From: Rebecca billardiae RCC1528
Lineage: Eukaryota > Protista > Haptophyta
Length of the DNA stretch: 64,000 nt
NCBI GenBank assembly: GCA_965240325.2
Contig: OZ251228.1
Location: 1,612,001-1,676,000 of the forward strand
Direction: 5' to 3'
Below, piece after piece: positions 44,004-57,682 of the stretch (positions are counted from its first letter, which is position 1; each line of letters opens with the position of its first letter). The notes below the pieces were generated by a model, which worked only from the letters and a program-made list of their open reading frames with translations, had not been told where the DNA came from and made no database searches. Position numbers and translations under genes: made by a program.

Positions 44004-46398
44004 TGGCAGCACGTCAGCGAAGACAGGAGCACGGTGCGCGCAGCGGCAATGCGAGCTCGCCGGCACGGCACAGAACCCCATCCTGTCCGCGTTCGCGCCG
44101 ATTCTACCTATACCCCGGAACGCCGCAGAAAAGGGCGGGAACCGGACACGTCGGTGGTCGGCCGTCCGGCGATGGCGGTACACGCTGCCCTCGCGTGTTC
44201 GATCGGCTTCTTCAACATCCGCGGCGCACGTCTGCGCCGATGGGCCCGCCGCTCACGCGCGAGCGCGAGGCACCGAGTGCATCGACGCTTGCCGGGAACT
44301 CTGGCAAGAGCCCGAGCAGTGGCCGCGCGATCCCTCACGACGACGGCTCGCATGATGGCTCAGAGGAGGAGCCGAACCTCCGCTACCAGCCATATCCGCT
44401 GCAGGTCGAGGTCGGGGTCGGAGAGCGTGGACTGCGAGAACGGCGCCTCACAGGACATTATCGCATGCCAGGTATGGCAGTGTGGGGAATGCAACGACAG
44501 GCAGGGCCCTGGCGCGTGCATGTACGCGCAGCTGGTGCAACGCGGAGCGCAACCAGGGCGGCAGAGGCCTCGGGCTGCACAGCTACCCCCAGCTGTCGTT
44601 CGGCTTCGAGCTGCGCAACCGCGGGCTCAATGCGGCAGCAGGGGCGCTGTAGCAGCGACTCGAGGGCGCGGTGCCCGGGTTCGTGCCGAAGAAGGGCAGA
44701 CACATACGACCACAGATCCGCATGCAGCCCCTTCCGGCACGCGGTGGAGACAGTACGCGCACCTGCTGCGCGGGCGGCCGCACGAGGTTGACGCGGCACC
44801 GGCCGCACGGGTCTCCGAGTACAAGGGGCTGCACACACGGGCGGCCGCGGCCCGGGCAACACGAGGCGCGGGTGCGTCGGATGCGGCGCGCGCGTCTGCA
44901 AGCGCTTCAAGCCATTCTGGTCACACGCGCGGCAGCACCGCATGCCCCAGCCGCAGCTGCCGCCGCCGTCGGAGGACGAGCGAGTCGTGACTTGTGGAGT
45001 CTAATCATTCCCGCCAAATCCCGAGCTTGCACCTGCGAGCGCGCCTGCTGCGGCACCCGCCGCCACGGCGCCCGCTGCTGCCCACGGTGCGCCTCGCGGC
45101 CGCGGCGCGCAACGGTCTCTCAGCCTCGGCGCGCGCGCCGAGGGGCAGGGCGGCCCGGCCGCGCGCGCGGCAGTAGGCAGCCCACCGCGGGGGGCGAAGC
45201 GCACGCGCCACGCGGAGAGCAACTCGCCACTGCGGCAGCTGTCACTATCAAGCCCGGAGCACCGGCGTAAGCGCCGCCAATCAGAGCCGCCGCTTGTGCT
45301 CAATCGCTTGGCAGAGGCGTCAGTCGCGTCACCGAGCAAGCGGGCACGACCCGCGCGCCGTCGTGCGTCGCTGCCTGCCGCCTAGCCTCAGAGGCGGTCA
45401 GTATCGGCCGCGCGCGTGGCAAGTGTGGCCAGCGGGGCGTTAGACGCGCGCATAGCCTTCGTCCCGCGTGATGCAGCCGTTGGCTAGCTTTCAGATGGCC
45501 GCCGCCCTGGCAGACGAGCCTTTTCTGCCCACACGGCCAGCCTCGCGAGTAGCGCCACTCGTGCGACGTCGCGCCAGCGGGCTCCTCAGAGGGTAGCTCG
45601 ACGGCGAGCCTCGCGCTCGCTCGCCATCGCCATTCTTAGCGTGCCCGCCGGTTGGGCCGCCCAGAGCACTCACGTGGCCCGACGGCACGCGCCGTGTACA
45701 CCTTAATTAAGAACGCCCATTATATGGCCGTAAGCGTCATGTGACGAAACTGTAACTACCATGTAACTCCGCGGCGTTCCGGGCTACACGCCTTCTGGAC
45801 TGATACCGAATCCGGATTGCCGGGTTTTCCACCGGATTTCGGGCCTAACGGCCATTTCGGTCATCAAACATCTCATACAGTTACTACTCGCCTCGCGTCG
45901 CGATCGATCGTGCGCGCGCGGCCGCGCAGTCTGATCTCTTCGCTATTTCTTATATATAACTACGGGATTCATCAACGACTACTTGGACGCCCGCTCGAAC
46001 TTATAAACGGGACTCGCGGGCGCCCTCTCGACCTCGGGCAGCAGCTCACCCGCCACGCCGCTGCCAGCGCCCGCTGTCGTTCGTTGCTCAAATCCCAACA
46101 TAGCTAACCTGATCGTAGTTCCACTTGATCATCGTGCCCGTGCCAGTGGTCGTCTACTCCACGACGCCGCGCGCCGCGACCATCCAGCTCCAAAGTCCAG
46201 TCGTACCCGACGCCTTGTACGAGCCGGGCATGGCGGAGTGGCTAGACATATACATCCTCACCAACGTAGCAGTAGGCACTGATGCGTAGCTTGATGTCGT
46301 TCCATACTGTACAGTACGTGCACTGCTCTGTACAGTTGCAGTCTGCGCCGCCCAGCTCTCCACTCTCGCCACTCTGGCACTCTCGCCCTGCAGCCCTG

Positions 46399-49300
46399 CT
46401 ACTGCTCCGCCTTCTGCTGCTCCTTGCGCCCCCATGGCTGTGCCTGCAGCAGCTGCTGCTGCTGCGCCTGCAGCTGCAGCTGCTGCGCCTGCAACTGCTG
46501 CTGCTGCAGCTGCAGCTGCTGCTGCTGCAGCTGCAGCTGCTGCTGCTGCAGCTGCAGCTGCTGCTGCTGCTGCGCCTGCAGCTCCTGCTGCTGCGCCTGC
46601 AGCACCTGCTGCTCGGCCTGCAGCACCTGCTGCGCCTGTAGCTGCCGCTGCTGCGCCTGCAGCTCCGTGCGAAGCTGCGTGACCAGCTCGCCGCTCTTGC
46701 CGCCGTCGCGCGCAGCGTCGTCGACTGAGCGCTCCAGCCGGTCGGGCCCCTGGGTGCCGCCGCCTCCAGCCAGCAGCGCAGTATGCAGCGCTGCGTCGGC
46801 CGCGCCACTCTCTGCCACCGCAGGCGAGCTCCGCTCCGCCAGTCGCGCGCGCTTGGCTGCCGGGCCCTCGTCCAAGACGACCCTGGCATCCACCGCCGCT
46901 TCGGAAGGCGTGCGCGCAGCTGCAACCTCCGCCTCCGCCTCCTCTCCTCCCTCCGGCTCTGCGCCGGAGGCGGACGCCTCCCTGCGGGCGCAGGGCGGCG
47001 CCGCACGACGCACTCGCGTGAGCGACGGCGGAAGGCAGGCTCGATGGCAGAGCAGCGAGGCGCACGCATCTACCCAGGCTTCCCCCGCCACTCTCCTCGT
47101 CCGCGCGCCACACTGGGCGGGTGCCGGGTGCTGCAGCGCTGCCGGCGCGCACCCGGGCGGCATCTGCTCGGGGCGTGCGTCGGTGTTCGCCTCGACGGCC
47201 TCCTTGATGCGATTCTCGAGCTTGGCACTCACGTCGGTGTAACTGTGCACGCAGGGGGCGGCGCGGGGTGGGGCGTGTGCGATCGGTGAGCGGGGCATGG
47301 GACCCAGCGCTGCCCAGTGCCCACACCTGCGCACCACATGCGAACAATCCCCGCACGCGTACAGTACGCCTGGGCGAGCGGGCGGTGCGCGCTTGCCCGC
47401 GGTACGCGCGAGCCCGCGCGCACGCCACCGCCGCGGCGCATTCGGCTCGGCGCACGAGCCAACGCGACACCCTCCCTCCATCACCGCCCGCGTGCCAGGC
47501 GCGCCGTGCCGAGTGCCCACGCCAGCGCTCACAGGAGGCTCAGCGTCCGCAGGCGCGTCTTGCCCGTCTCGAGGGCGGTGTGGAGGTGCATTCCACCCTT
47601 ATCTGTCACGCCGGTGTGACTGCGCGCAGGGGCGACGCGGGGCGGCGTGCGTGTAAGCGGCGGAAGCGGCGCTGGACCCGGGCGTGGCCTGCGCGTGCTC
47701 ACCGCATGCGCCCAGTCCCCTCACCGCGCGCGCATGCATCGGCGGTTCGGCGCGCGCGCGGCCAGTGTGCTCACGCGAGTGCGTGCGCCGGTGCACATCG
47801 CCACCGCCACGACGCCAGAAGTCCCCCTTGCCGCCTTGCGGCCCAGCGCTCACCTGAGATCCAGCGTCCGGAGGCGCGTCTTGCCCTTTCCGAGGGCGGT
47901 GGCGAGGTGCATGGCACCCGCATCGTCCACGCCGGTGTCACTGCGCGCAGGGGCGACGCGGGGGACGGTGCGCGTCAGCGGCGGAGGCGGCGCCACCTCT
48001 GTGTGCAAGTACTACATGCAGCATGCAGCCCGTCCTGCCTCACCGCCCGCGCGCACACCGCGCCGCGTCGAGTGCCTATGCCAGCGCTCACCTAAGAACC
48101 AGCGTCTCCAGGCATGTCTTGCCCGTGCCGAGCGCGGAGGCGAGCTGCGCGACACCCGCGCCACCCACGTCCTTGCAGCCACTGCGCGCAGTGGCCGACG
48201 CAGGGCCGCCAGGGCGCGGTGCAAGCGTGAGCTGCGGACGTGGCGCGAACAATGCGCTGACTGTATTCGCCTCGGGCCTCGGCGCACGATGCAACGCGAC
48301 ACCCTCCCTCCCTCGCCACCCGTGCGCCACGCGCGCCGCGCCGAGCGCCCACGCCAGCGCTCACAAGAGGTCCAGCTTCAGCAGGCCAGTCTTGCCCGTC
48401 CCGAGCGCGGAGGCGAGCTGCGCGACCCCCTCGTCAGACACGCGGGTGAAACTGCGCGCGCAAAAGGGGCAGTGTGGGGCAGGCGGGCGGCGCTCGCGTG
48501 AGCAGCGGGCGCGCAGAGAGACCCGGCGCAGTCCGCACTTGCGCGCCGCATGCTGCAGGCCTGCAACCACGCGCGAAGAGGTGCACACGCGCCGTCCGCA
48601 TGCGCGCCCTCGTGCACGCCGCAGCCCTCACGCCGGCGGTGCGTCCATCGGCGCGGCGCGGCGCGAGGCGCCGAGCGGCGCGCCAGGCGCATGACGGCTC
48701 GCGCTGAGCCACCTCCGTGTGCAAGTATGTAGCATGCAGCTCATCCTTCCTCACCGCCCGCGCGCCACGCGCGTCGCGCCGAGGGCCTACGCCAGCGCTC
48801 ACCTGAGAATCAGCGTCTCCAGGCACGTCTTGCCCGTGCCGAGCGCGGTGGCTAGGTAGTTGACGCCCCTGTCAGCCAGGCCGGTGTTAAAGCTACGTGC
48901 AGGGGCAGTGCGGGGCGGCGCGCGCGTGAGCCGCGGAGGCGGCGCTAGCCCCTGGCGCAGCCCGCACGTGCGTAACGCATGTGCCCATCCTCTCCGCGCA
49001 CGGGCATACACCGGCAACCGCGCCCACGCCGCCACTGCCGCCACGGGCAGCGGCGGCTGCGCGGTGTGCTGCTGCGCTGCGCGACGCGCGCGTTAGCGCA
49101 CGTGCGCCCCGCGCGCCGCCCCGCGTGCGCACACCAGCGCTCACCTGAAATTCAGCGTCTGCAGGCGAGTCTTGCCCGTCGCGAGGGCGTTGGCGAGGTG
49201 CTTGACACCAGCATCGGTCACGCCAGTTTCACTGCGCAAAGGGGCGGTGCGGGGAGGCGCTCGGCGGAACGTCGGAAATGGAACGGGACCCGGGGCTGGT

Positions 49301-50181
49301 CGCACATGCGTAACGCGTGTGCTCGCCCTCCCCACGCACGCGCACGCATTCGCACACGCGCTCGCGCCGCCGCTGCCGCCACGGACAGCGGCGGCGGCGC
49401 GGTGTGCCGTGTGCGGCACGGCGCACAGACCTGCGCGACAGGCGCACTTCAGCCCGTGCCCATTTGGCACCGCGCGCGCAATGCAGCGTAACATCCTCCC
49501 TCGCCGCCCATGCACCACGCGCGCGTCCGCGAGCGCACACGCCCGCGCTCACCGAAGGTTCAGCACCTGCAGGCGAATCTTGCCCTTTCCGCGGGAGGTG
49601 GCCATGCATCTCTTGAAGACGGTGGCGAGCTGCTTGGCACCCACGTCACCCACGCCCATGCGACTGCGCACAGCGGGCGGCGCGGGGTGGCGAGCACGTG
49701 AGCGGCGGAAGCGTCTTGGGACGTGATGATATCTATGCTTGCGCAATGCGTGATGCGCCTGCCCTCCTGTCGCGAGGGCGCGCATCGGTGCATGCGTGCC
49801 TCCCATGCGCTCGCGACCCCCCGCGCAAGCCGCGAGCGGCGGCGCTGCACGCGGCGATGCGCGACGCCGCCGAGCGGTCCGCCTGCACGCGCATATTGTA
49901 GCAAGGCACCAATCCCCCTCACCGCCCGCGCGCCACCCGCCGAGCAAGCCCCACCACTCGGCGCGTTACCTGAGGTCGAGGTACACGAGGAATCTCGACG
50001 TGCCCAGCAGATCGAGCACGCCAGTCCACGTCGTGCTGCCGAAGGAGATCGCCGATTTGCGCGAGAGAACGACCTTGCTCGCCTTGTGCAGCGCCTCCGC
50101 GTCGCCTTCACCCCACTTCTTGGCGAGCTCCTCGAGGGGAGAGGCTTCCTCGCCGGAGTCGCACGACTCCTTCTCAAACAT
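46399..50181 (-). CDS. RNI-like leucine-rich repeat protein, one LRR per exon, with C-terminal poly-Q/Leu coiled coil
   Basis: Exons 50181-49970, 49663-49553, 49231-49145, 48892-48803, 48451-48365, 48181-48092, 47940-47854, 47619-47533 and 47242-46399. Repeat consensus xxGVxDxGxxxLAxALxxGKTxLxTLxL. Confidence 0.85.
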
Positions 50182-51071
50182 GCCGGTGGGGCTGGCGGTC
50201 GCGCGGGAACGAGTGAACGACCAGTTTCGGACAAGCGCTGTGTCCACCGTGGACACGCTCAAGCCCGCGGGCCGGACACGACACTTTGACTTTCCGTTGG
50301 TCGGTCCGGGCCCCGGTCTCGATTCGCTGAAAGACGCTACTGTATGAGACGAAGAGCCGCCTGGCCCCGGGGTCAGGGTGGGTGAGTGGGTGACCTAGCG
50401 GCTACTGTTCTGATTAGAAGCCTGTTGGCTCTTTAGTCATAGCTAGCTCTAGCGCCAGCCACCGTCAATGGTAGCTACTGCTGTCTACTACTGATTATAA
50501 TGCTGCTGCAGTCATCCTAACTAGAGCTAAGTCAAGCTGCGATGATGATCGACATCAGTTCCCGTTGAGTGCGTTCAGTGCTGAGTCTAATGCGGCCAGA
50601 CACTCAGTCGGATGATAGAGCACTGATGAGTGATGTCTGATCTGTACGTCATCCCAGCCCGCTCATAGTCGGCACCGTCACACTTCAATCATCATCATAG
50701 CTGTAGTCATAGTAACGATTCATGCCGGCTGAAGGGCCGTGCCCCGCAGTCACTGGCGTCAGGCGGTCCGTGAGCCTGTGGATTCGGTGGACCGCGCTGG
50801 CAGTGTCACGTGAGACACGTGACGTCTGCCAGCGAGTAGTGACCACAGCTGGTAGTATTAGCAGTATAGTACTCGTGACAGTCGGTCAGTAACGACAGGT
50901 AATAACTTATATTAAATAAATATAACGTGACTCACGTGCCGGCCCTCCGTGAGTCACTCGTCGAATGAGGAATTTCGCGATGTAATAACTAGGCGTATAA
51001 GTGTACGTATCCGCGAAGGGGCGAGTTCTCAGGGCCGTACGGGTTTCCTAGACGCGAGTGGCACGACGACG

Positions 51072-51188
<117 letters not shown>

Positions 51189-51628
51189 ATACGGATCTGA
51201 CGGGTTCGTCCTCGTCGGAGCGGGGATCACGGCTCTCAGTATTACTCCGCCGGGACGGCTACACTCGGAACGACTGTTATTAGCTATAGCATTGTCGCCG
51301 TAGTATTGGCTTGGCATCGGCTTCCAAGCCGAGCTTCCACCGATCGATCCGGATTATCAGTCAGCAGGCTCGTAACCCTGCGTCGCAGCTCGCGCAGCCT
51401 GCCCTCGCCGCAGCCGCGCCGGGCTCACGGGCGGGGCGTGGTGCCGCCCCCGTCAGGGCGCGAGCACCGCCTCGCCGCCGACTCCTCGAGGCGCCCACCG
51501 CTCGGGCGCAGCCCTCCCGGCGCCATCGCGCGCCAGCGAGCCCGCTTTGCCCCGCGGCGTGCGCACTGCACACGCAGCGCTCAGCGCCAGGCTCATTCGA
51601 GCGGCACGCACACCGCGCAGCGCCAGGC

Positions 51629-53233
51629 TCAGAGCAACACGTACAGCACCCAGTTGAGCGCAGCGCGCATGCGGCCGAGCACGTCGTACGTGGAGAGGAG
51701 CGACTCCCACACGACGCCGAGGAGGCAGGCGATCCAGAAGTTGGGCATCGGGCCGTTGATCGCGTTGAGGTGGAGCGAGAGCAGCAGCCCGCACTGCGCC
51801 AGGCTCAGCGCGGCGAGCACCACGCAGCCGAGCGCGCGCCGGCGCGGGCTGCTCCGGTGCGCGCGGCGCGCGAGCATCGCCGCGCGGAACGCCCACTGCC
51901 CGGTTGTCAGCAGCGGCAGGAGCAGCAGGAACGCCTTGGTGCACAGCGCGAGCGCGTAGCCGTACCGCTCGCCCTGCGTGCGTGCGTGCGTGCGTGCGTG
52001 ACGGGGCGGGCGGGCGTGCGCGCGCGGCGCGGCGCGCGTGAGCCCGCGTGCGAGCCGAGCCCGCGGCGTGCGGTGCGCCGACGCGCGGCGCGCGCCGGGC
52101 GCGAGCGCGGCGGCGGCCGGCCAGCGGACCGCGGCGCGGGCCGGGCGCGGTTCCCCCCCGCGCGCGCGCACCGCAAGCCAGCGGAAGAGCCCGCCCGCGC
52201 AGCTGCCGATCCCGCCGCGCGAGCGCACGGCGATCTCGCCCACCGGTGCGAACTGCACCCCGAGCGGCTTGAGCCTCCGGTTCACGTCCGGCCACCAGCG
52301 CGAGGGCGTGCCGTCCGCGCCGAGCAGGAAGAGCGCCACGCCGGACGCAAACGACGCGCAGAGCGACGGGTCGTTGCCCAGGCGGCCGAGGGAGGAGAAG
52401 GTGGCGCCGAGCAGCGCGATGTTCGCGATCGCCGCGACGTCGCGCAGCGACCACGACCACGCGAGCGAGAGCATCTTCCCCGCCTGGTGCGAGCTGATCG
52501 CGTTGGCGGAGACGCCGAGCACGCAGTGCAGCATGCCGCTGAGCGCCGTGAGCAGGTGCAGCCCCTCCGGGCCGACCATCGGCACCTTGCGCAGCAGCGA
52601 GGAGGTGAGCATCACGAAGAAGAGGCCTGCGCCGCGCGGCGGCGGGGGCGGGCAGGGAGGCGCGCGCCGCGCGCCCGCGCGCAGAGGCCGCGCCGCGCGT
52701 CGGGGCGTGCCCGCGCCGCGCGCGCCGCTGCGCGCGCGGGTGCGCGCGGCGGCCGCGCGCGCGCACCCGCGCGCGGCGGCGGGCGGCCGCGTCGCGCGCC
52801 GCGCCGCGCGCCGCGCCGCGCGCGCACCGTTGTACGCCTGGCCTGTGGCCAGGAGCGTGAGGAGGGGGAAGACGGGCTTCGTGAGCGCGAGCAGGACGTC
52901 AAACTGCACGTGGTGCGCCGCGCGCATGCGCGCCTGCGTGAGCGTCACGCCGTGCCCGGGGCCCTTGAGCGAGACCACGTCGCGCAGCGCCGCGGGCAGC
53001 ACGCCGAGGCCGCCCTGGGAGAGTGCCATCTCGAACGCGGCGCTGGACGCCGGGCCGTCCTCCTCGGCCGCGGCGTCGTCCCCTAGCAGCGCGGCCTGCG
53101 TGGCCTTCTGTTTCTCGGCGGCCGTGGGCTCGCGCTCGCGCTTGTGCTTGCGCGAGGTCCGCGGCAGCGCGCTCGCGCCCGCGCGCCCCTCGACGCTCTC
53201 GGGCGCGCCGCGCGGCGCCGCGGGCGCAGCCTG

Positions 53234-53288
<55 letters not shown>

Positions 53289-54009
53289 TGGCCGGGGCTC
53301 TCCTCCGCACCGGGCTCGGCGGGGCCGAGCGCCGCGCGCACGGTGCGCGCGAACACGCCGATGCGCACGGCGGGCGTGACGAAGAAGCGCAGCAGCGTCG
53401 GCAGCGGGCCAATCACGGCACTCGCCGTGACGCTTGCGAGCAGCACGGCGGGCGGCTGCGACGTGAGCGCGCCCAGGATGGCGCGGAGGAAGCGGAGGAG
53501 CATGAGCAGCAGCAGCACGATGGAGATGGTGTGCGTCAGCCCCGCCTCGAACGTGACCAGCGCGACGAAGAACGTCTTCAGCCCCTGCAGCACCTCGCCC
53601 GCCGAGAGCATGCCGAGCTCGCCGCAGAGCTGGCGCGCGCCGTCCCATAGCGCCAGCTCGAGGCTGCTCGACATGCACGACGCGACGGTCTCGTTGCGCG
53701 CGGCCGTGGCCGCGTCGACGCGCGCGAAGAGCTCGCTCTTCGCCGCCGTCGCGCGGTTGAGCAGCAGCGTCCCCCGCCGCTTCCCGTCAGGGATCCCAAA
53801 GTGCGCCACCTTGTCCTCGTGCGTGCACATCGAGATGACGCGGAACGCGCCGCGCGCGTCCGACTTGGAGACGGGCGAGGGCGTGGCGAGGACGGCGCAC
53901 GGGGACTCGTACAACAGGTGCAGCTTCGTGCTGGCGTACAGGCAGATGATGAGCGACACCCACCACGGCCACACCTGCCACCGGAAGCACGCGCGGATGC
54001 GCTCCAGCT

Positions 54010-54041
<32 letters not shown>

Positions 54042-54145
54042 TCTGGGGGCGCCTCATCCTTCTCCGCATTGCCGCGTCGCTGAGCGCGCTTCTTGCTGCC
54101 CGAGGCCACCGGGGCGGGTGGCGGTGGCTGCCGGCGCCGGAGCAT
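51629..54145 (-). CDS. Uncharacterised multi-pass membrane protein (about 2 introns)
   Basis: Multiple hydrophobic helices (WWVSLIICL, ISIVLLLLMLL, FWIACLLGVVW). Introns about 52628-52827 and 51975-52171. No family recognised. Confidence 0.65.
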
Positions 54146-54255
54146 GGAGGAGCCCCGGCGACCCGACCGGGACGGTGATGACGATGGATGCCACGGAGAC
54201 GCGACACCTGGGTGACGGGAGGACAGATCATAAAAAAAGTTAAAAACCATATATT

Positions 54256-54579
54256 CGTGCCCCAGGCCGAGGCGGTGCTCCATCCCGGCCCCGCTCCCGT
54301 AGGGGGGCAGGGCTGCGGGTGGCGCACTGTCTGACCTGGACGGAAGGCGCGGACGCATTCTATGTGTCTGTTGCACTCTGAGCCTGACGCTTGTCCGATG
54401 CTGCCACGTCGTTATATATTTAACGACGTGGCAGCATCGGACAAGCGTCAGGCTCAGAGTGCAACAGACACATAGAATGCGTCCGCGCCTTCCGTCCAGG
54501 TCAGACAGTGCGCCACCCGCAGCCCTGCCCCCCTACGGGAGCGGGGCCGGGATGGAGCACCGCCTCGGCCTGGGGCACG
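54256..54579. repeat. Long inverted repeat: 159-bp arms, 6-nt TATATT spacer
   Basis: 54256-54414 is the reverse complement of 54421-54579. The ORF track shows the identical peptide MQQTHRMRPRLPS.. on both strands. Confidence 0.97.
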
Positions 54580-55688
54580 CGGCGGCGACGGCAGATGCCG
54601 CCGCGGCCGAGCGCCTTCCGGAGCACTTGGATGAGGGTGAGGTCGTAGTCGATGTCGCCGCCCGCCGACCTAGCGGCGAGCAGCTCCGGCAAGCGGCAGC
54701 CGCGGCTGTCGCCCCCGTGCGCCCGCGTGGGCGCCTGGATGAGGATGAGGTCGTAGTACGCGTCGCCGCGCGCCGGCCAAGCGGCGCGCAGCAACGACGA
54801 AGGGTTTTTCCTGCTCGAAAAAAGCGCTTTTCCCGGGGGAAAATAGTTATCGCCAGAAATATTTTCAATTTCGTTCTGAACGAAAAATCTTAAGGAAAAT
54901 AATCAGCATGCCAATATCATTCGACGAACCGATGCCCTTTCGGAGTATCATCGTTGATAAGAATCGTCCATGTTCTCGAAAACATTTATGGAAGCTGCTC
55001 ATGACAATCCCTTCTCGGGCAATCGCGATATTTATTATATGGCTCGACTCATCAGGGTAAGGTACACTTGATCGCAGGGAACATTCCATTAACAGGCAAA
55101 CATTCCGTTGACGGGCATCCCCACCCTTAAAACTACTATAGTATTGATAGGGATCCACCGGTTCGCACGATCTTTGATATATTGCTGATACGCTGCGTAT
55201 CCATCAATCGTGAGTAATTGACGACAACGAACGACTGGCACGACTTTCTCAAGGCACCCAGCAGTCGTTCGTAGTAGCCTCCGTTTGATGATCGATGACT
55301 CGATTTGATGAGGAGCCGGGAAAAGACGAAGCAGTGTGAGACGTGAAGCTTCACGCGAATCGTGTGCGAACAGTTTTCATTAGTCATAATCATAGGTCTA
55401 TCATTCTGTTCATCATCTAACTGACCGATGACTACGGTCAGGATACGTTTACATCTTACCCCACGTCTACGCGCGGCTACGTCAAATCACCGATCGTCGA
55501 ATAGGAGCACGGTAATCACTATCCACGTCGCACGGAGCGCCCCGAGATTGCTTTTCGATGCGCGCGGGGGGTGCCTTGCATAGAGGCTGGCCAGGGGTAG
55601 TGGACCGTGCCACCTTCGTCCCGCACACGCGCGGCAAACACAAAGGTGCCGGCAGACGCCTTCAGCACCCCGCCCCGAGTGGGCGACG

Positions 55689-57507
55689 ATGATGAGCACA
55701 TCCCGGGACGAATCGAATGATGATGGCGACGACAAGGCCGGCCTCGCGCGTCGCGGATGGGCCGCAGATGAGGACGAGCGCCTGCGCGCCGCCATCGCGC
55801 AGCACGGCGCACACAAGTGGGCACTGATCGCGGCCGCGGTCGGCACGCGCCGCGAGAAGCAGGTGGGTGCCGCACCATCCGCGCTGGCATGCCGGCAGCG
55901 CCCGCGGAGCCGCTGGCGTCCTGGATGTGGGGCAGCTGTGTCCGTGGCATGGTCGTGCGCATCGACGGCCCCGTCCCCGCCCACCCTCTCCGTCGCTTGA
56001 CACGATGTGCCCCCCGCCCCCCCCCCCCCATCACCCAACTGACGTCGCGGCTCGGCTGCGGTCGTCGCGCAGTGCCGCGAGCGCTGGCACAACCACCTCA
56101 AGCCAGACGTGAAGAAAGGCGATTGGACCGCCGAAGAAGACAAGCTCATCCTCGACGCCGTCTCTGAGCACGGCACGGTGCGTGTCGGCCCCGCGGAACC
56201 GCGCCGCGTGGCATCCCCATGCCCGCCCGCCCGCGCCACGCTGTCGCGCGCGCCGCGGCTCACGCGGCCGTGCTCCTCCCCCCCGGCCCCTCTCCCGGGG
56301 TGGACCGTGCTCTCGCGGCGTGGGCCATCGGTTCGTTCGTTCAGGCCTGGTCGCGCATCGCCGAGGAGCTCCCTGGGCGCACCGACCACGCCGTGAAGAA
56401 CCGCTTTAACGCGATGATGCGGCGCAAGCGCTCGGTCAACACAGGCGTGTCACGCACGGGCGAGCCCGAGCCGACGTGCATGGTGCGCACGAGCAGCGTG
56501 GGCGGCGTCACCCCCACGCCGTCCGCCGCGGCGGCCTACGGCTTCGTCTCCTCGCCGCTCGCGCGCTCGGGGCGCGCGTCCGCCGCGATCGTCGGCGGTG
56601 CTGCGGCGTCGCACTCGATCTCCGCAGCGGACGGCGGCGTGGGCGATAGCGGCCGCGACGCGCAGCAGCAGATGGCGCGGCTGCACGAGTTTGGGATGGG
56701 GAGCCAGCCGGATCTGACGCTCGCGCACGACCAGGTCAGCGCCCACGCGGGCGTGCACGGCGCGAACGCGCAGCCCGAAGAGCAGAACGAGCCGCCGACG
56801 ACGCGGCGCGCGCACAGCGCTCCATCGCTTCTCAACACCGCGGAGGCGGCGCTCGCGGCGCAGCGCGCCGGGCTCGTCGGCGGGGCGCCCATGGGGCCGC
56901 GGCCGCCGCAGCTCGGCGCCGATCCCGCCGGCTTTCGGCCGGACCAGCGCCACCTCCAGCTCGCCGGCCTCGGCGGGATGCAGGCGGGATCCGTGAACGC
57001 AGCCATTGGCCAGCCCATCGGCGCGGCCGGCGGCGGGCCTGCGCAGGGCGTGCCCGGCGCAGCCGGTTGGGCGGGGCCACCCGCGCTTGGCGAGGCGCAC
57101 GCGGCTCTGCGTGGCGCGCCGATGCACGAGCCGCGCGAGCGCGTCAAGCAGCTCGCCGCGCAGCTCGTCGCCGCGTCGGACATGCTCGGCTCTGGCGGGC
57201 TGCCCACGCGCGCGGGCGCGGAGCACGTCGTCGATGGTATCATCTCTGAGCTGCGCAACTTGCTCGCGGCGCGCGTGCCGGGCATCGAGGCGCTAGCGAG
57301 CCTGGTGCGCACGGCGCCGATCATGCTGCCGCACGGCGCCGACGCGGCCGACGGCGCGGACGGGCTCGAGCCGCTCGCCAAGCGGCAGCGCCTGCCGAGC
57401 AGCGGGGCCATGGGCGGCGGCGGCGGCGGCATGCCAATGCACGCGGGGATGTGCGGTGGTGGCCTGGGCAGCGGTCTGAGCGCAGCCCCGCTGTCCTACC
57501 CTGCGGT

Positions 57508-57544
<37 letters not shown>

Positions 57545-57642
57545 CAACAACAATGGCAGCAGCACCAGAGCACGCTCGCCGCGCTGCAGATGCGCGCCAT
57601 GCTGGCGGGCGACAGCTCGGCAGCCATGGGGCTGCAGCACGC

Positions 57643-57682
<40 letters not shown>

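Noticed and set aside
44034-45340. Possible gene between the acyltransferase and the LRR gene
   Set aside because: No recognisable domain and no consistent exon chain.
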